Counted from the first letter of the stretch, positions 52,392 to 61,670 are shown. The stretch: 64,000 nt of DNA from an uncultured Actinomycetes bacterium (GCA_963722795.1 CAVROD010000004.1:203443-267442); one strand, 5' to 3'. Notes: generated by a model not told the origin, from the sequence alone. Translations and numbers: made by a program.

Positions 52392-53864
52392 ATGGACGTC
52401 GACTACCACGCCCTGCTGCCCGAGTTCATCCTCGCGGGCACGATCCTGCTCGTGCTGGTCGTCGACGTGTTCCTGCCTGAGCGCACGAAGTGGCTCGCGA
52501 TGCCGATCGGGCTCCTCGGGGTGGTCGCGTCGTTCGTCGCGGTGCTCACGCTTATCGGCGCCGACACCCGCATCAGCTTCGGCGGATCGTACGTGGTCGA
52601 CGAGTTCGCGCTGCTGTTCAAGGGGTTCTTCCTCGTGGTGGCGAGCGTGGTGCTGGCCCTGTCGCTGCGGTACTTCCGCGAAGGCGGGTTCTATCAGGGC
52701 GAGTACTACTTCCTGCTGCTCACCTCGTTCCTCGGCTGCGTGATGATGCCGAGTTCGCGCGACCTGCTGCTGCTGTTCATCGCGCTCGAGCTCGTGTCGG
52801 CACCCGGGTTCCTGATGGCTGCGTTCCGCAAGGGCGACGTGAAGTCGAACGAGGCGGGCGTGAAGTTCTTCATCATCGGCGTGTTGTCGACGGCCGTGAT
52901 GCTCTTCGGCATGAGCCTGATCTACGGCGTGACGGGCGGTCAGACGCAGCTCGCCGAGATCGCGGTCGCCCTCGACGGCGTGACGGGCGACCTCGAGACT
53001 CTGGCGTTCGCGGCCATCCTGTTCGTCGTGGTGGGCTTCGCGTTCAAGGTGTCGGCGTTCCCGTTCCAGTTCTGGGCGCCCGACACGTATGAAGGGTCGC
53101 CGGTGCCGGTCGCGGCGTTCCTCGCGGTCGCCTCGAGCGTGGCGGGCTTCGCAGGCCTGTTGCAGCTGATGTTCGTGGCGTTCGCGGGCCAGCACGAGTT
53201 CTGGGTGCCGATCTTCGCGTTCCTGTCGATCGCGACGATGACGGTGGGCAACTTCGTGGCGCTGCAGCAGACGCAGGTCGTGCGGCTGCTCGCGTACTCG
53301 GGCATCGCGCAGTCGGGCTACATCTTGATGACCTTCGCCCTGGTGACCGACGACGCCACGTCGAATCGCGATGCGTTCGCCGCCGGAGTGGCCTACATCC
53401 TGATCTACGGCATCATGAACCTGGGAGCCTTCGCGGCGACCGTCGCCGTGTCGCGGCGCCACCCGGCGCTGCAGGTGGCCGACTTCGCCGGTCTGCGGGA
53501 GACCGCGCCGATCATCGCGGTCGGCATGGCCGTGTTCATGATCTCCCTCGCGGGCGTGCCGCCGACCGGTGGGTTCTGGGGGAAGCTGCTCATCTTCCAG
53601 GCGGCGATCGAACGCGGCGGCACCCTCGGGCCGGCACTCGCCGTGGTGATGCTCGTGAACTCGGTCGTGAGCGTCTTCTACTACCTGGTCGTGCCCCGGC
53701 AGATGTTCCTGCGTGACGCCGCCGACCGTTCACGGCTGCGCGTGCCGGGCCTCGTGACGGCCGTCGTCGTGCTCGCGATGATCGCGATCCTCGCGATCTT
53801 CGTGTTGCCGAACGCCGTCGCGCGGCTGGCCGAGATCTCCACGCTGGTCGGCCTCGGGCCGTAA
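52392..53864 (+). CDS. nuoN2: NADH-quinone oxidoreductase subunit N, second copy
   Basis: Contains FPFQFWAPDTYEGSPVPVAAFLAVASS. 490 aa. Confidence 0.85.
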   Translation: MDVDYHALLPEFILAGTILLVLVVDVFLPERTKWLAMPIGLLGVVASFVAVLTLIGADTRISFGGSYVVDEFALLFKGFFLVVASVVLALSLRYFREGGFYQGEYYFLLLTSFLGCVMMPSSRDLLLLFIALELVSAPGFLMAAFRKGDVKSNEAGVKFFIIGVLSTAVMLFGMSLIYGVTGGQTQLAEIAVALDGVTGDLETLAFAAILFVVVGFAFKVSAFPFQFWAPDTYEGSPVPVAAFLAVASSVAGFAGLLQLMFVAFAGQHEFWVPIFAFLSIATMTVGNFVALQQTQVVRLLAYSGIAQSGYILMTFALVTDDATSNRDAFAAGVAYILIYGIMNLGAFAATVAVSRRHPALQVADFAGLRETAPIIAVGMAVFMISLAGVPPTGGFWGKLLIFQAAIERGGTLGPALAVVMLVNSVVSVFYYLVVPRQMFLRDAADRSRLRVPGLVTAVVVLAMIAILAIFVLPNAVARLAEISTLVGLGP

Positions 53865-53945
53865 GCATCCCCGTTCGGGGAACCGTCGGGTCCCACGTAT
53901 CGAAACCCCCATGGGACGATGGATGGGAACGACCGACGAGGAGTG

Positions 53946-54832
53946 ATGACGGTGACACCAGGTATCAACAGGGCCAAGACGTGGGTCCTGATCGCGGCGA
54001 TGATGGGCCTGTTCCTGGCGATCGGCGCGTTGCTGGGCGGACGGGCCGGCGTGACGACGGCACTCGTGCTGGGGCTGGGCTTCAACTTCGCCATGTACTG
54101 GTGGTCGGGCTCGATCGCGGTTCGCTCGACCCGCTCGCGCGAGGTGGGGGAGGCCGAGTACCCGCACTGCATCGCATCGTCCGCGAGCTGGCGCAGGCCA
54201 ACGACATGCCGATGCCGGGCGTCTACGTCTCCGACATGCAGCAGCCCAACGCCTTCGCGACCGGTCGCAACCCGCGCAACGCCAAGGTCGCCGTGACGCA
54301 GGGCATCCTGCAGATCCTCGACGAGCGCGAGTTGCGCGGCGTGCTCGCGCACGAGCTGAGCCACGTCGCGAACCGCGACATCCTGGTCGGTTCGGTCGCC
54401 GCGGCGATCGGCACCTCGATCAGCTACCTCGCCTGGATGGCGCTGTGGTTCGGCGGTGACGACGAGGGCGGGAACCCGATCGTCGCCCTCGTCGCGTGGA
54501 TCCTCGCGCCGATCGCCGCCGGTCTGATCCAGATGGCGGTGTCGCGTTCACGCGAGTTCCAGGCCGACGAGTCGGGGGCGTTCCTGTCCCGCGATCCGTC
54601 GGCGCTGGCGAGCGCGTTGCAGAAGCTCGACCAGACGAGCCGGCGGGTACCGCCGCCCCACTCGCTGCAGCCCGGAGAGGCGCACATGTTCATCGTGAAT
54701 CCGCTCGCGGCGCTGAAGGGCCGCGGCCTCACGAGCCTGTTCTCGACGCATCCGCCGACCGAGGAACGGGTCGCGCGGCTGATGGCGATGCAGGACGAGG
54801 TGTACCGCCGGCAGGGACCGATCGGGAACTAG
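53946..54832 (+). CDS. htpX: zinc metalloprotease HtpX (M48 family), one frame switch near 54120
   Basis: Two N-terminal TM helices and an HELSH zinc motif (GVLAHELSHVANRD). Confidence 0.8.
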
Positions 54833-54895
54833 CGCACCGAGGCGCCCGAGAGGCTCCCGAGAGCGGCGACACGGTGGTGTTGCGCCGGCGGTCTT

Positions 54896-54945
54896 GGCAG
54901 GGACCTCCGTCTTCCGTCGCAGGGGGCACGACGGAGGTCCTTGCC
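54896..54945. terminator. bidirectional stem-loop between convergent htpX and decarboxylase genes
   Basis: 16-nt arms GGCAGGGACCTCCGTC / GACGGAGGTCCTTGCC (15/16 complementary) around an 18-nt loop. No U-tract, as is common in high-GC genomes. Confidence 0.45.
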
Positions 54946-55015
54946 GAGTGCCGGCGCGAACCCGCGCGTTCGCGAGCTCCGCGCACGCCCGCGAACCCAG
55001 CGACTCCGCGGCCCG

Positions 55016-56398
55016 CTACGACGCCATCGTCCCAAGCACCGCTCGCACATGATCGATGGTCGTGCGTGGGTTCACGAAGCACAGCCGTGCGAGCTTCTCG
55101 CCCTTCCACGTGGTCGGCTGCACGAAGGCGATCTGCGCCTCGAGCAGCCTTCGCCACCAGGCTTCGTAGTCGGCGTCGCCCCAGCCTCGCCGGCGGAAGA
55201 GCACGACCGACAGCTCGGGGTCCATCACGAGCTCGAGCTCGGGCCGCGCCGAGATCTCCCCGGCCGTCTCGCGCGTGAGCGTCAGCACGCGCTCGATCGC
55301 GTCGCGGTAGGCGTCGGTGCCGTAGGTCGCGAGCGAGAACCACAGCGGGAGCCCCCGGGCGCGTCGGGACAGGTGGTAGGCGTAGTCCGCCGGATTCCAC
55401 TCGCTCCAGGCGGCGTCGGGCTGGTTCACCGTGTCGAGGTAGCCGGCTTCCTGCCGGAACACCCCGTACGCGGCGGTGGGGTCGCGGTAGACCAGAGCGC
55501 AGCAATCGTAGGGCGCGAACAGCCACTTGTGCGGGTCGACGATGAACGAGTCGGCACGCTCGATGCCGCGGTAGCGCTCGCGCACCGAGGGCGCCGCGAG
55601 CCCGGCACCGCCGTAGGCCCCGTCGACGTGGAACCAGACCCCGTGACGGTCGCAGGCCTCGGCCACGCCCGCGAGGTCGTCGACCGTGCCCGCGTTCGTG
55701 GCGCCTGCGCTCGCGACGACCGCGACGACGCTCGCCGCTTCGTCGGGGCCGAGCGTGTCGAGCGTGGCGGCGAGGGCATCGCCGGTGAGCCGCCCGCGTT
55801 CGTCGCCGGGCACGTCCACGACGCCCACGTCGATCACGCGGGCGGCGGTGGCGACCGAGGAATGCACGCTGTCGGCGACCGCGATCTTCCAGCCGGTGGC
55901 CGGGCGTCGGCCGAGGCGGGCGGCCGCTCGCGCCCGGGCGGCGACCAGGGCCGAGAGATTGCCCGCCGAGCCGCCGCTCACGAAGACGCCGCCGGCCCCA
56001 TCGGGGAAGCCGGCGAGGTCGGCGAGCCAGCGCAGCGCCTGGTTCTCCGCCCAGATCGCCCCGGCGCCGTCGATCCAGCCCGCGGCGATCGTCGACGAGG
56101 CGCCGACCACGAGGTCGAAGAGCACCGCGGCCTTGGTGGGCGCGCCCGGCACGAACGCCATCGAGGAGGGGTGGTCGGTCGAGATCGTGGCGGGAGCGAG
56201 CACCTCGCTCCACACGCGCAAGGCCTCCTCACCGCCGATGCCCTCGGGCGTGACGGTCGCGCCGGCGCGCCGGGCGAGCTCGTCGCCGCTCGCCGAGCCG
56301 TCGAGCGGCTGCGGGCTCGCGATGCGGTTGCGCGCGTACGTCACGATCGCGTTCGAGAGCGCCTCGGTCTCGTCGGTGTAGCGGTGCATGTCGTCCAT
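55016..56398 (-). CDS. group II pyridoxal-phosphate-dependent decarboxylase (aromatic amino acid / L-2,4-diaminobutyrate decarboxylase family)
   Basis: PLP-Lys motif SFIVDPHKWLFAPYDCCALVY. 461 aa, intact. Starts MDDMHRYTDE. Confidence 0.8.
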   Translation of the reverse strand: MDDMHRYTDETEALSNAIVTYARNRIASPQPLDGSASGDELARRAGATVTPEGIGGEEALRVWSEVLAPATISTDHPSSMAFVPGAPTKAAVLFDLVVGASSTIAAGWIDGAGAIWAENQALRWLADLAGFPDGAGGVFVSGGSAGNLSALVAARARAAARLGRRPATGWKIAVADSVHSSVATAARVIDVGVVDVPGDERGRLTGDALAATLDTLGPDEAASVVAVVASAGATNAGTVDDLAGVAEACDRHGVWFHVDGAYGGAGLAAPSVRERYRGIERADSFIVDPHKWLFAPYDCCALVYRDPTAAYGVFRQEAGYLDTVNQPDAAWSEWNPADYAYHLSRRARGLPLWFSLATYGTDAYRDAIERVLTLTRETAGEISARPELELVMDPELSVVLFRRRGWGDADYEAWWRRLLEAQIAFVQPTTWKGEKLARLCFVNPRTTIDHVRAVLGTMAS

Positions 56399-56475
56399 CG
56401 TTTCACCCCCGCATACGCGAAGGGCCGGCCCGAAGGCCGGCCCGCCGCGTCTGGTCGCTACCCGTCCGCGCGTGG

Positions 56476-57859
56476 TTACGCGGTCAGCTCCTGGCAGAAC
56501 GCGCCGAAGGCCTCGACGTAGATCTGCACGTCGCTCTCGGTGTGCTGCACGGAGACCGTCCACTGCTCCTCGTCGCCCGGGGTCATGAAGATGCCGCGGT
56601 TGACCATCCACGGGTACGACGCCCAGTAGATCTCTGGGATCGTCTCCAGGAAGTCCCGGTAGTTGGCGAGCGGCTCGCTCCGGTAGGAGACGCAGCCCTT
56701 CGCGCCGAGGTCGACCGTGTGCGCCGGGATGCCGCTGTCGGCGATGGCCCGGTTGCACCCTTCGGCCAGCATCGTGCCGAGCTTGCCGAGGTGGTCGTAG
56801 GCGTCGCGCGTGAGCACCTGCGTGAGCGCCGCGAGCCCCACCGCCGAGGAGAGCGGGTTGCCGTTGAAGGTGCCTTGCTGGGCGGCGCCCTTCGTCACGT
56901 ACTCCATGATGGCCGCATCGCCGCCGAAGGCGCCGGTGGTGGCGCCTCCGCCGATGGCCTTGGCCCACGCGGCGAGGTGCGGCACCACGCCGAAGCGCTC
57001 TGCGGCGCCGCCGTAGGCGATCGTGCCGCCGCACTTGACCTCGTCGAAGATGAGCACCGCGCCGTGACGCTCGCAGGCGTCCTTGAGCGCCTGCAGGTAC
57101 CCGTCGTGCGGCACCACGATGCCGATGTTCATCATGACCGGCTCGAGGATGACCGCCGCGATCTCGACCGGGGTTGTCGGTGAAGGCGGCCTCGACGGCC
57201 GATGCGTCGTTGAAGGGCACGATGATCGTCGTGTCCCACAGCGCCTGTGGCACGCCCTTCGATGTCGGCTGCGTGGTGTACCACGGCTTCCCGCTCTCAT
57301 CGACGCTATGCCGAAGGTCGAGCACGTCGGCCTCGGGCACGACCGAGAACAGCACCGAGTCGTGATGGCCGTGGTAGGAGCCTTCCATCTTGATGATCTT
57401 GTCGCGGCCGGTCGCGGCCCGGGCGACCCGGATCGCGTCCATCGTGGCCTCGGTGCCCGAGTTCACGAACCGCATCTGCTCGCACTGGAACCGCGAGCAG
57501 ATCTCCTCGGCGAGCGCGACCGTGGTCTCGGTGGTGACCGCGAAGTGGATCGCGTCGTCGGCCGCCTTCTTGATGGCTTCGACGATCTTCGGATGGGCGT
57601 GCCCGACGACGTTGACGCCGAACCCGCCGTGGAAGTCGGTGTAAAGGTTGTCGTCGACGTCGGTGACCGTGGAGCCCTTGCCGTGCTTGAGGTACACGGG
57701 ATAGGGGTCGCCCGCCTGGAAGTTCGAGACCACGCCGTTGGGCAGGGTCTTGATCGCCCGCTGGTACAGCCGTTCACTCGCCTGGGTCCGACCCAGCCAT
57801 TCCTTCGTTTCCTTCTCGGCGATCTCCGCCGCGCGCGCCTTCAACCGGTCGAGGTCCAC
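56476..57859 (-). CDS. class-III aminotransferase (glutamate-1-semialdehyde 2,1-aminomutase-like), one frame switch near 57180
   Basis: SD AGGAGG 8 nt upstream of GTG. N-terminus LPNGVVSNFQAGDPYPVYLKHGKGSTVTDVDDNLYTDFHGGFGVNVVGHAHPKIVEAI follows the HemL-like pattern. Confidence 0.75.
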
Positions 57860-57921
57860 GCGTATCACCTCCTGAGTCGCGCCAGGGTACTCGGGGGCGA
57901 GGTCGCCCCGCAATGGGGCCG

Positions 57922-58419
57922 TCAGGGCCGGTAATTCGTGAACTGCAGCGCCAGCCCGAAGTCGTGGTCCTTCACGGCTCGGATCGCGGCCTGCAGGTCG
58001 TCCTTGCTCTTGCCGAGCACCCGCACCTGTGCGCCCTGGATCTGGGTCTGGATCTTGGGCACCGCCTGGCGCACGAACTTCGATATCTCCTTGGTCTTCT
58101 CGTCGGAGATGCCGGTGACGATGGTGACCGTCTGGCGTGCCGTGCCCTTGGCGGCGTCCTCGATGGAGCCAGCCTGCAGCGCCTTGAGCGGGATGTTGCG
58201 CTTCACGGCGCGCTCCTGCAGCACCTGCCAGGCCGCCTTGAGTCGATCCTCGGTGGCCGAGTGCATCTCGATCGTGCCGTCGCCGAGCTCGATCGACGTG
58301 CCCGTGCCCTTGAAGTCGAACCGCTGGGAGATCTCGCGCCCGGTCTGGTCCACCGCGTTGCGCACTTCCTGCAGGTCGACCTCGGAGACGATGTCGAAGC
58401 TGAACTGATCTTTCGCCAT
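57922..58419 (-). CDS. yajQ: YajQ-family (UPF0234) nucleotide/c-di-GMP-binding protein
   Basis: Starts MAKDQFSFDIVSEVDLQEVRNAVDQ and ends KIQTQIQGAQVRVLGKSKDDLQAAIRAV, matching E. coli YajQ end to end. 165 aa. Confidence 0.85.
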   Translation of the reverse strand: MAKDQFSFDIVSEVDLQEVRNAVDQTGREISQRFDFKGTGTSIELGDGTIEMHSATEDRLKAAWQVLQERAVKRNIPLKALQAGSIEDAAKGTARQTVTIVTGISDEKTKEISKFVRQAVPKIQTQIQGAQVRVLGKSKDDLQAAIRAVKDHDFGLALQFTNYRP

Positions 58420-58485
58420 GGCCGAAGGATACCGCCCGGGCGGTGCGGGCCACCCCGCCGGTTCGCTATCCTCGGTGAGCACCAC

Positions 58486-58569
58486 GGGAGGATGCCCGAG
58501 TGGCCAAAGGGAGCGGCCTGTAAAGTCGCCGGCGATGCCTACGGAGGTTCGAATCCTCCTCCTCCCACC
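58486..58569 (+). tRNA. tRNA-Tyr (anticodon GTA), class II with long variable arm
   Basis: Acceptor GGGAGGA/TCCTCCC; anticodon stem GCGGC/GTCGC with loop CTGTAAA; T-arm GGAGG-TTCGAAT-CCTCC; discriminator A then CC. The 3'-terminal A of CCA is not encoded. Confidence 0.8.
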
Positions 58570-58771
58570 TTGTGATGTCTCGAGACATCGTTCACACGTG
58601 TCTCGGGACATCGTGCCCCTCAGGCCTCCTCCGGCGAGCGCGCCTGGTAGTCCTTGGAGGAGTCGAGGTGAAGCTCGACACCGTGGGCGGCATCAGTTCC
58701 CTCATTCGTCCGTCGCCGGGGTCCTGGCAGGGCTCAAGAGTAGTGCATGAGGAGTGCAGTATCATGCACTG

Positions 58772-59371
58772 ATGGACGATGAGACCACAGCGCTCGCGAT
58801 GGCGATCGGCGGACGGGTGCGACGGGAGCGGCAGTCGCGCCGCTGGACGCTGGATCGGCTGGCCGAGGCCGCCGGGGTGAGCCGCAGGATGGTGGTGAAT
58901 GTCGAGCAGGGTGCGGTCAATCCGAGCGTCGGCAGTCTGCTCAGGATCAGCGACGCGCTCGGCGTCGGGCTTCCGGCGCTGGTCGAGCCGCCGGCAGCGA
59001 CCCCGGTCACGGTGACCCGGAAGGGGACGGGCGCAACCCTGTGGACCAGCGGATCGGGGGGACGGGCGGTGCTCCTTGCCGGCACCGACCCTCCCGATGT
59101 CGTCGAACTGTGGGACTGGACGCTCGGCCCGGGCGACCGACACGCGAGCGAACCGCACATGCAGGGCACCCACGAGCTTCTGACGGTGCACAAGGGCTCG
59201 ATCGCCGTCGAGGTCGAGGGCCGGGCGGTCACGCTCGCGGCCGGGGACACCGCCGCGTTCTCCGGCGATGTCGCACACTCCTACGAGAACCCTCGCACAC
59301 GTCCGGCGGCGTTCTCGTTGGTCGTCTTCCAGCCCGGTGTCGGCGAACGATCGGGGGCGCAGGATGGCTGA
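58772..59371 (+). CDS. XRE-family HTH transcriptional regulator with C-terminal cupin domain
   Basis: HTH_3 region RRWTLDRLAEAAGVSRRMVVNVEQGAVNPSVGSLLRISDALGV, then a cupin beta-barrel. Start may be GTG 58754 or ATG 58772. Confidence 0.7.
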   Translation: MDDETTALAMAIGGRVRRERQSRRWTLDRLAEAAGVSRRMVVNVEQGAVNPSVGSLLRISDALGVGLPALVEPPAATPVTVTRKGTGATLWTSGSGGRAVLLAGTDPPDVVELWDWTLGPGDRHASEPHMQGTHELLTVHKGSIAVEVEGRAVTLAAGDTAAFSGDVAHSYENPRTRPAAFSLVVFQPGVGERSGAQDG

Positions 59372-60098
59372 CCTCGGCGAGCTCGAGAGCTTCCTGGCGG
59401 GCGCCCGCGTCGACGCCGACGTGTTCGCGCTGCGGCCCGACTACCGCGCGTCGCTCCTGGCCGTCGACGGCCTCGTGGCCGGTTCGAGCGATCACGAGAG
59501 CGATGCGCTGCTGCGCGCCGCGGAGGCGACGGCCGCCGAGGCGCTGCGCGACCAAGCCGCGGAACAGCTCCCGCACGTCGCCGCGTGGCGGCACGCGTAC
59601 CGAGCATTCGGCGCCAAGCCGCAGCGCACCCGCAACAGCGTGGAGGCCCTTTTGCGCCGTGCGGCCTCCGGGCTTCCCAGTGTGGATCGGCTCACCGACG
59701 TCTACAACGCGGTGTCGGTGAGGCATCAGATCCCACTCGGAGGAGAGGACCTCGCCCGTTATGCCGGAACGCCCAGGCTGAAGCGCGCCGACGGCACGGA
59801 GCCGTTCGACACGGTGGCCGAGGGCATCGCCGTGACCGAGTACCCCGACGCCGGCGAGGTGGTGTGGTGCGACGACGTCGGCGTCACCTGTCGGCGCTGG
59901 AACTGGCGCCAGGCCCGCCGAACCCAGCTCGGGCCCGAGACGACCAGCGCTCTGTTCATCCTCGATGCCCTCGAACCTCTCTCGGACGAGATGCTGGATG
60001 CCGCCGCCGCGGACCTGGTGGCGCATCTCACGCACCTCGGGCCCGATGTGCGGGTTGCCCGACGCCACCTCAGCGCCACCACGACGAACGGAGCCTGA
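59364..60098 (+). CDS. B3/4 domain-containing protein (Phe-tRNA ligase beta-subunit-related nucleic-acid-binding fold)
   Basis: 244 aa. Start overlaps the upstream stop. Assignment by general resemblance to stand-alone B3/4 proteins. Confidence 0.5.
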   Translation: MADLGELESFLAGARVDADVFALRPDYRASLLAVDGLVAGSSDHESDALLRAAEATAAEALRDQAAEQLPHVAAWRHAYRAFGAKPQRTRNSVEALLRRAASGLPSVDRLTDVYNAVSVRHQIPLGGEDLARYAGTPRLKRADGTEPFDTVAEGIAVTEYPDAGEVVWCDDVGVTCRRWNWRQARRTQLGPETTSALFILDALEPLSDEMLDAAAADLVAHLTHLGPDVRVARRHLSATTTNGA

Positions 60099-60099
60099 C

Positions 60100-60765
60100 A
60101 TGTTGATCCATCCTTGGGATGCCGCGCTCGACGCCGACGAGTGGAAGGATTGGCTGGCCTCGACCGACCGGTTCGGCATGCTCGTCGTCGGCAACCTCGA
60201 TCCCGCGCAGGCTCCGCTGGCCTTGCCCACGCACTTCTCCCTCGCGGGTGACGAGGTGGTCTTCCACCTCGCACGGCCGAACCCGGTCTGGGCGCACCTC
60301 GAGGCGGCGTCGGAGGTGCGGCTCGCGGTGGTCGGTGACTACGCCTACATCCCGTCGTACTGGCGAGCGAAAGCTGGTGGTCCCGACGAGGACGGGGTGC
60401 CGACGAGCTACTACTCGGCCGTGCAGTTCGTGTGTCGCCCGACGGTCGTCGACGACCCGGCAGAGAAGGTGCAGATCCTCGAGACCCAGTTCGGCGATCT
60501 TCAGCCCGAGGGGGACCACGCTGCGGTCGGGGTGGACACTGAGCCGTACGGGCGGATGCTGTCGGGCATCCGCGGTGTGCGGCTGGCGGTGCTGCGCGTC
60601 GACGCCAAGTTCAAGTACGACGACTCCAACCCGGTCGATCATCGCGAGCGCGTGATCGGCTCGCTCGAGGAACGCGGCCGGGGGGTCGACGCCGGGGCGG
60701 CGAGGCAGCAACGTCGTCGCCTCGACACGATCGGCGACTGGCAGGCCCACCGGACCCGTCCATGA
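60100..60765 (+). CDS. PaiB-family FMN-binding protein (PPOX-like split barrel, putative negative transcriptional regulator)
   Basis: 221 aa. Start 2 nt after the upstream stop. Confidence 0.55.
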   Translation: MLIHPWDAALDADEWKDWLASTDRFGMLVVGNLDPAQAPLALPTHFSLAGDEVVFHLARPNPVWAHLEAASEVRLAVVGDYAYIPSYWRAKAGGPDEDGVPTSYYSAVQFVCRPTVVDDPAEKVQILETQFGDLQPEGDHAAVGVDTEPYGRMLSGIRGVRLAVLRVDAKFKYDDSNPVDHRERVIGSLEERGRGVDAGAARQQRRRLDTIGDWQAHRTRP

Positions 60766-60896
60766 ACCCGGCGAGGGCAGGGGGTTCGCACTCGACATGC
60801 GGGATGAGCGGGACCGATCCGGACGGCCCCGAGTGGGCCTTCGGCTCGATGCGGATCGAGTCGAGGACCGCGCCGCGGTTGTCGGATGAGCGAAGC

Positions 60897-61670
60897 TCAG
60901 TTCGCCAGTGAGCCGGCGAAGATCTGCCACGCCAGCACCGACTTCGCCACCAGGCTGAGTACGAGGTAGCTCTTCTCACCGAAGGCGTACTCACCCCATC
61001 TGCCGATCTCCCGGTACTGCAGCCATTGATTGACGCCGAAGCTGGAGAAGAAGATGAACTGCGCGATGACGATCCCGTAGACGAACCCCGGGACCGTCTG
61101 GGATCCCGCGATGTTCACACCGATCGAGATCCACGGGACGATGCCCACGATCGCCCCGAACCAGAAAGCGAGCATCGTCGTCGAGGTCCTCCCCGGCGGG
61201 TTCATCCGCTCCTGGAGCCAACCGAACAGGATCATGCCGACGTTGGCCCCGGCCACGGCGATGACGGCGTTGATCGAGGTGATGCCGGAGTAGAAGCCGA
61301 TCAGGATGATCATCAAGGTGGCGCTGAACGAATACTCGATCCACCGGAAGCGGTTGATGCCTCGTCGCAGGTCGCGCTCGTACGCGCCGCGGGAGACGGT
61401 CGCCGTGAGCAGATGGTCGACGGCCGCCAGAGCCAGGAACACCGCGACGGCCCACCCGATGCGCACGTCGAACAACGTCTCGGGCGCAGGGGGCGGCGTG
61501 CCGGGAGGTCCCTCGGGGAACGACGACGTGACGGCGATGGCGAATCCGCCGGCGAGGAACACGATCAATGCTGCTTGCGCCAGATGGATGAGTGTCAGGC
61601 CGAGGTTCCACCGGTGGAGCCCGCCCAGCCTCGCGTCGTCGACTCCGGTGGCGATGGGAGCTCCGCTCAT
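60897..61670 (-). CDS. heliorhodopsin (7-TM retinal-binding photoreceptor with inverted topology)
   Basis: 257 aa, intact. Tracks the prototype HeR 48C12 block by block: NRFRWIEYSFSATLMIIL (cf. NIFRWVEYSLSSSVMIVL), MILFGWLQE (identical), FWFGAIVGIVPWI, VPGFVYGIVIAQFIFFSSF, and retinal-Lys helix YLVLSLVAKSVLAWQIFAGSL (cf. YIVLSLVAKSALAWQIFSGTL). Confidence 0.85.
   Translation of the reverse strand: MSGAPIATGVDDARLGGLHRWNLGLTLIHLAQAALIVFLAGGFAIAVTSSFPEGPPGTPPPAPETLFDVRIGWAVAVFLALAAVDHLLTATVSRGAYERDLRRGINRFRWIEYSFSATLMIILIGFYSGITSINAVIAVAGANVGMILFGWLQERMNPPGRTSTTMLAFWFGAIVGIVPWISIGVNIAGSQTVPGFVYGIVIAQFIFFSSFGVNQWLQYREIGRWGEYAFGEKSYLVLSLVAKSVLAWQIFAGSLAN

Noticed and set aside
55016-58453. 1145-aa single ORF
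   Set aside because: Actually read-through across three separate genes (PLP decarboxylase, class-III aminotransferase, and junk antisense of yajQ flank). Internal start codons with SD motifs and domain boundaries define the real genes.
58486-58620. tRNA-Tyr as an integration hotspot with an adjacent mobile element
   Set aside because: No integrase, excisionase next to the tRNA, or duplicated tRNA 3' segment found. The downstream genes (XRE-cupin, B3/4, PaiB, heliorhodopsin) have the same GC content and codon usage as the rest of the window.
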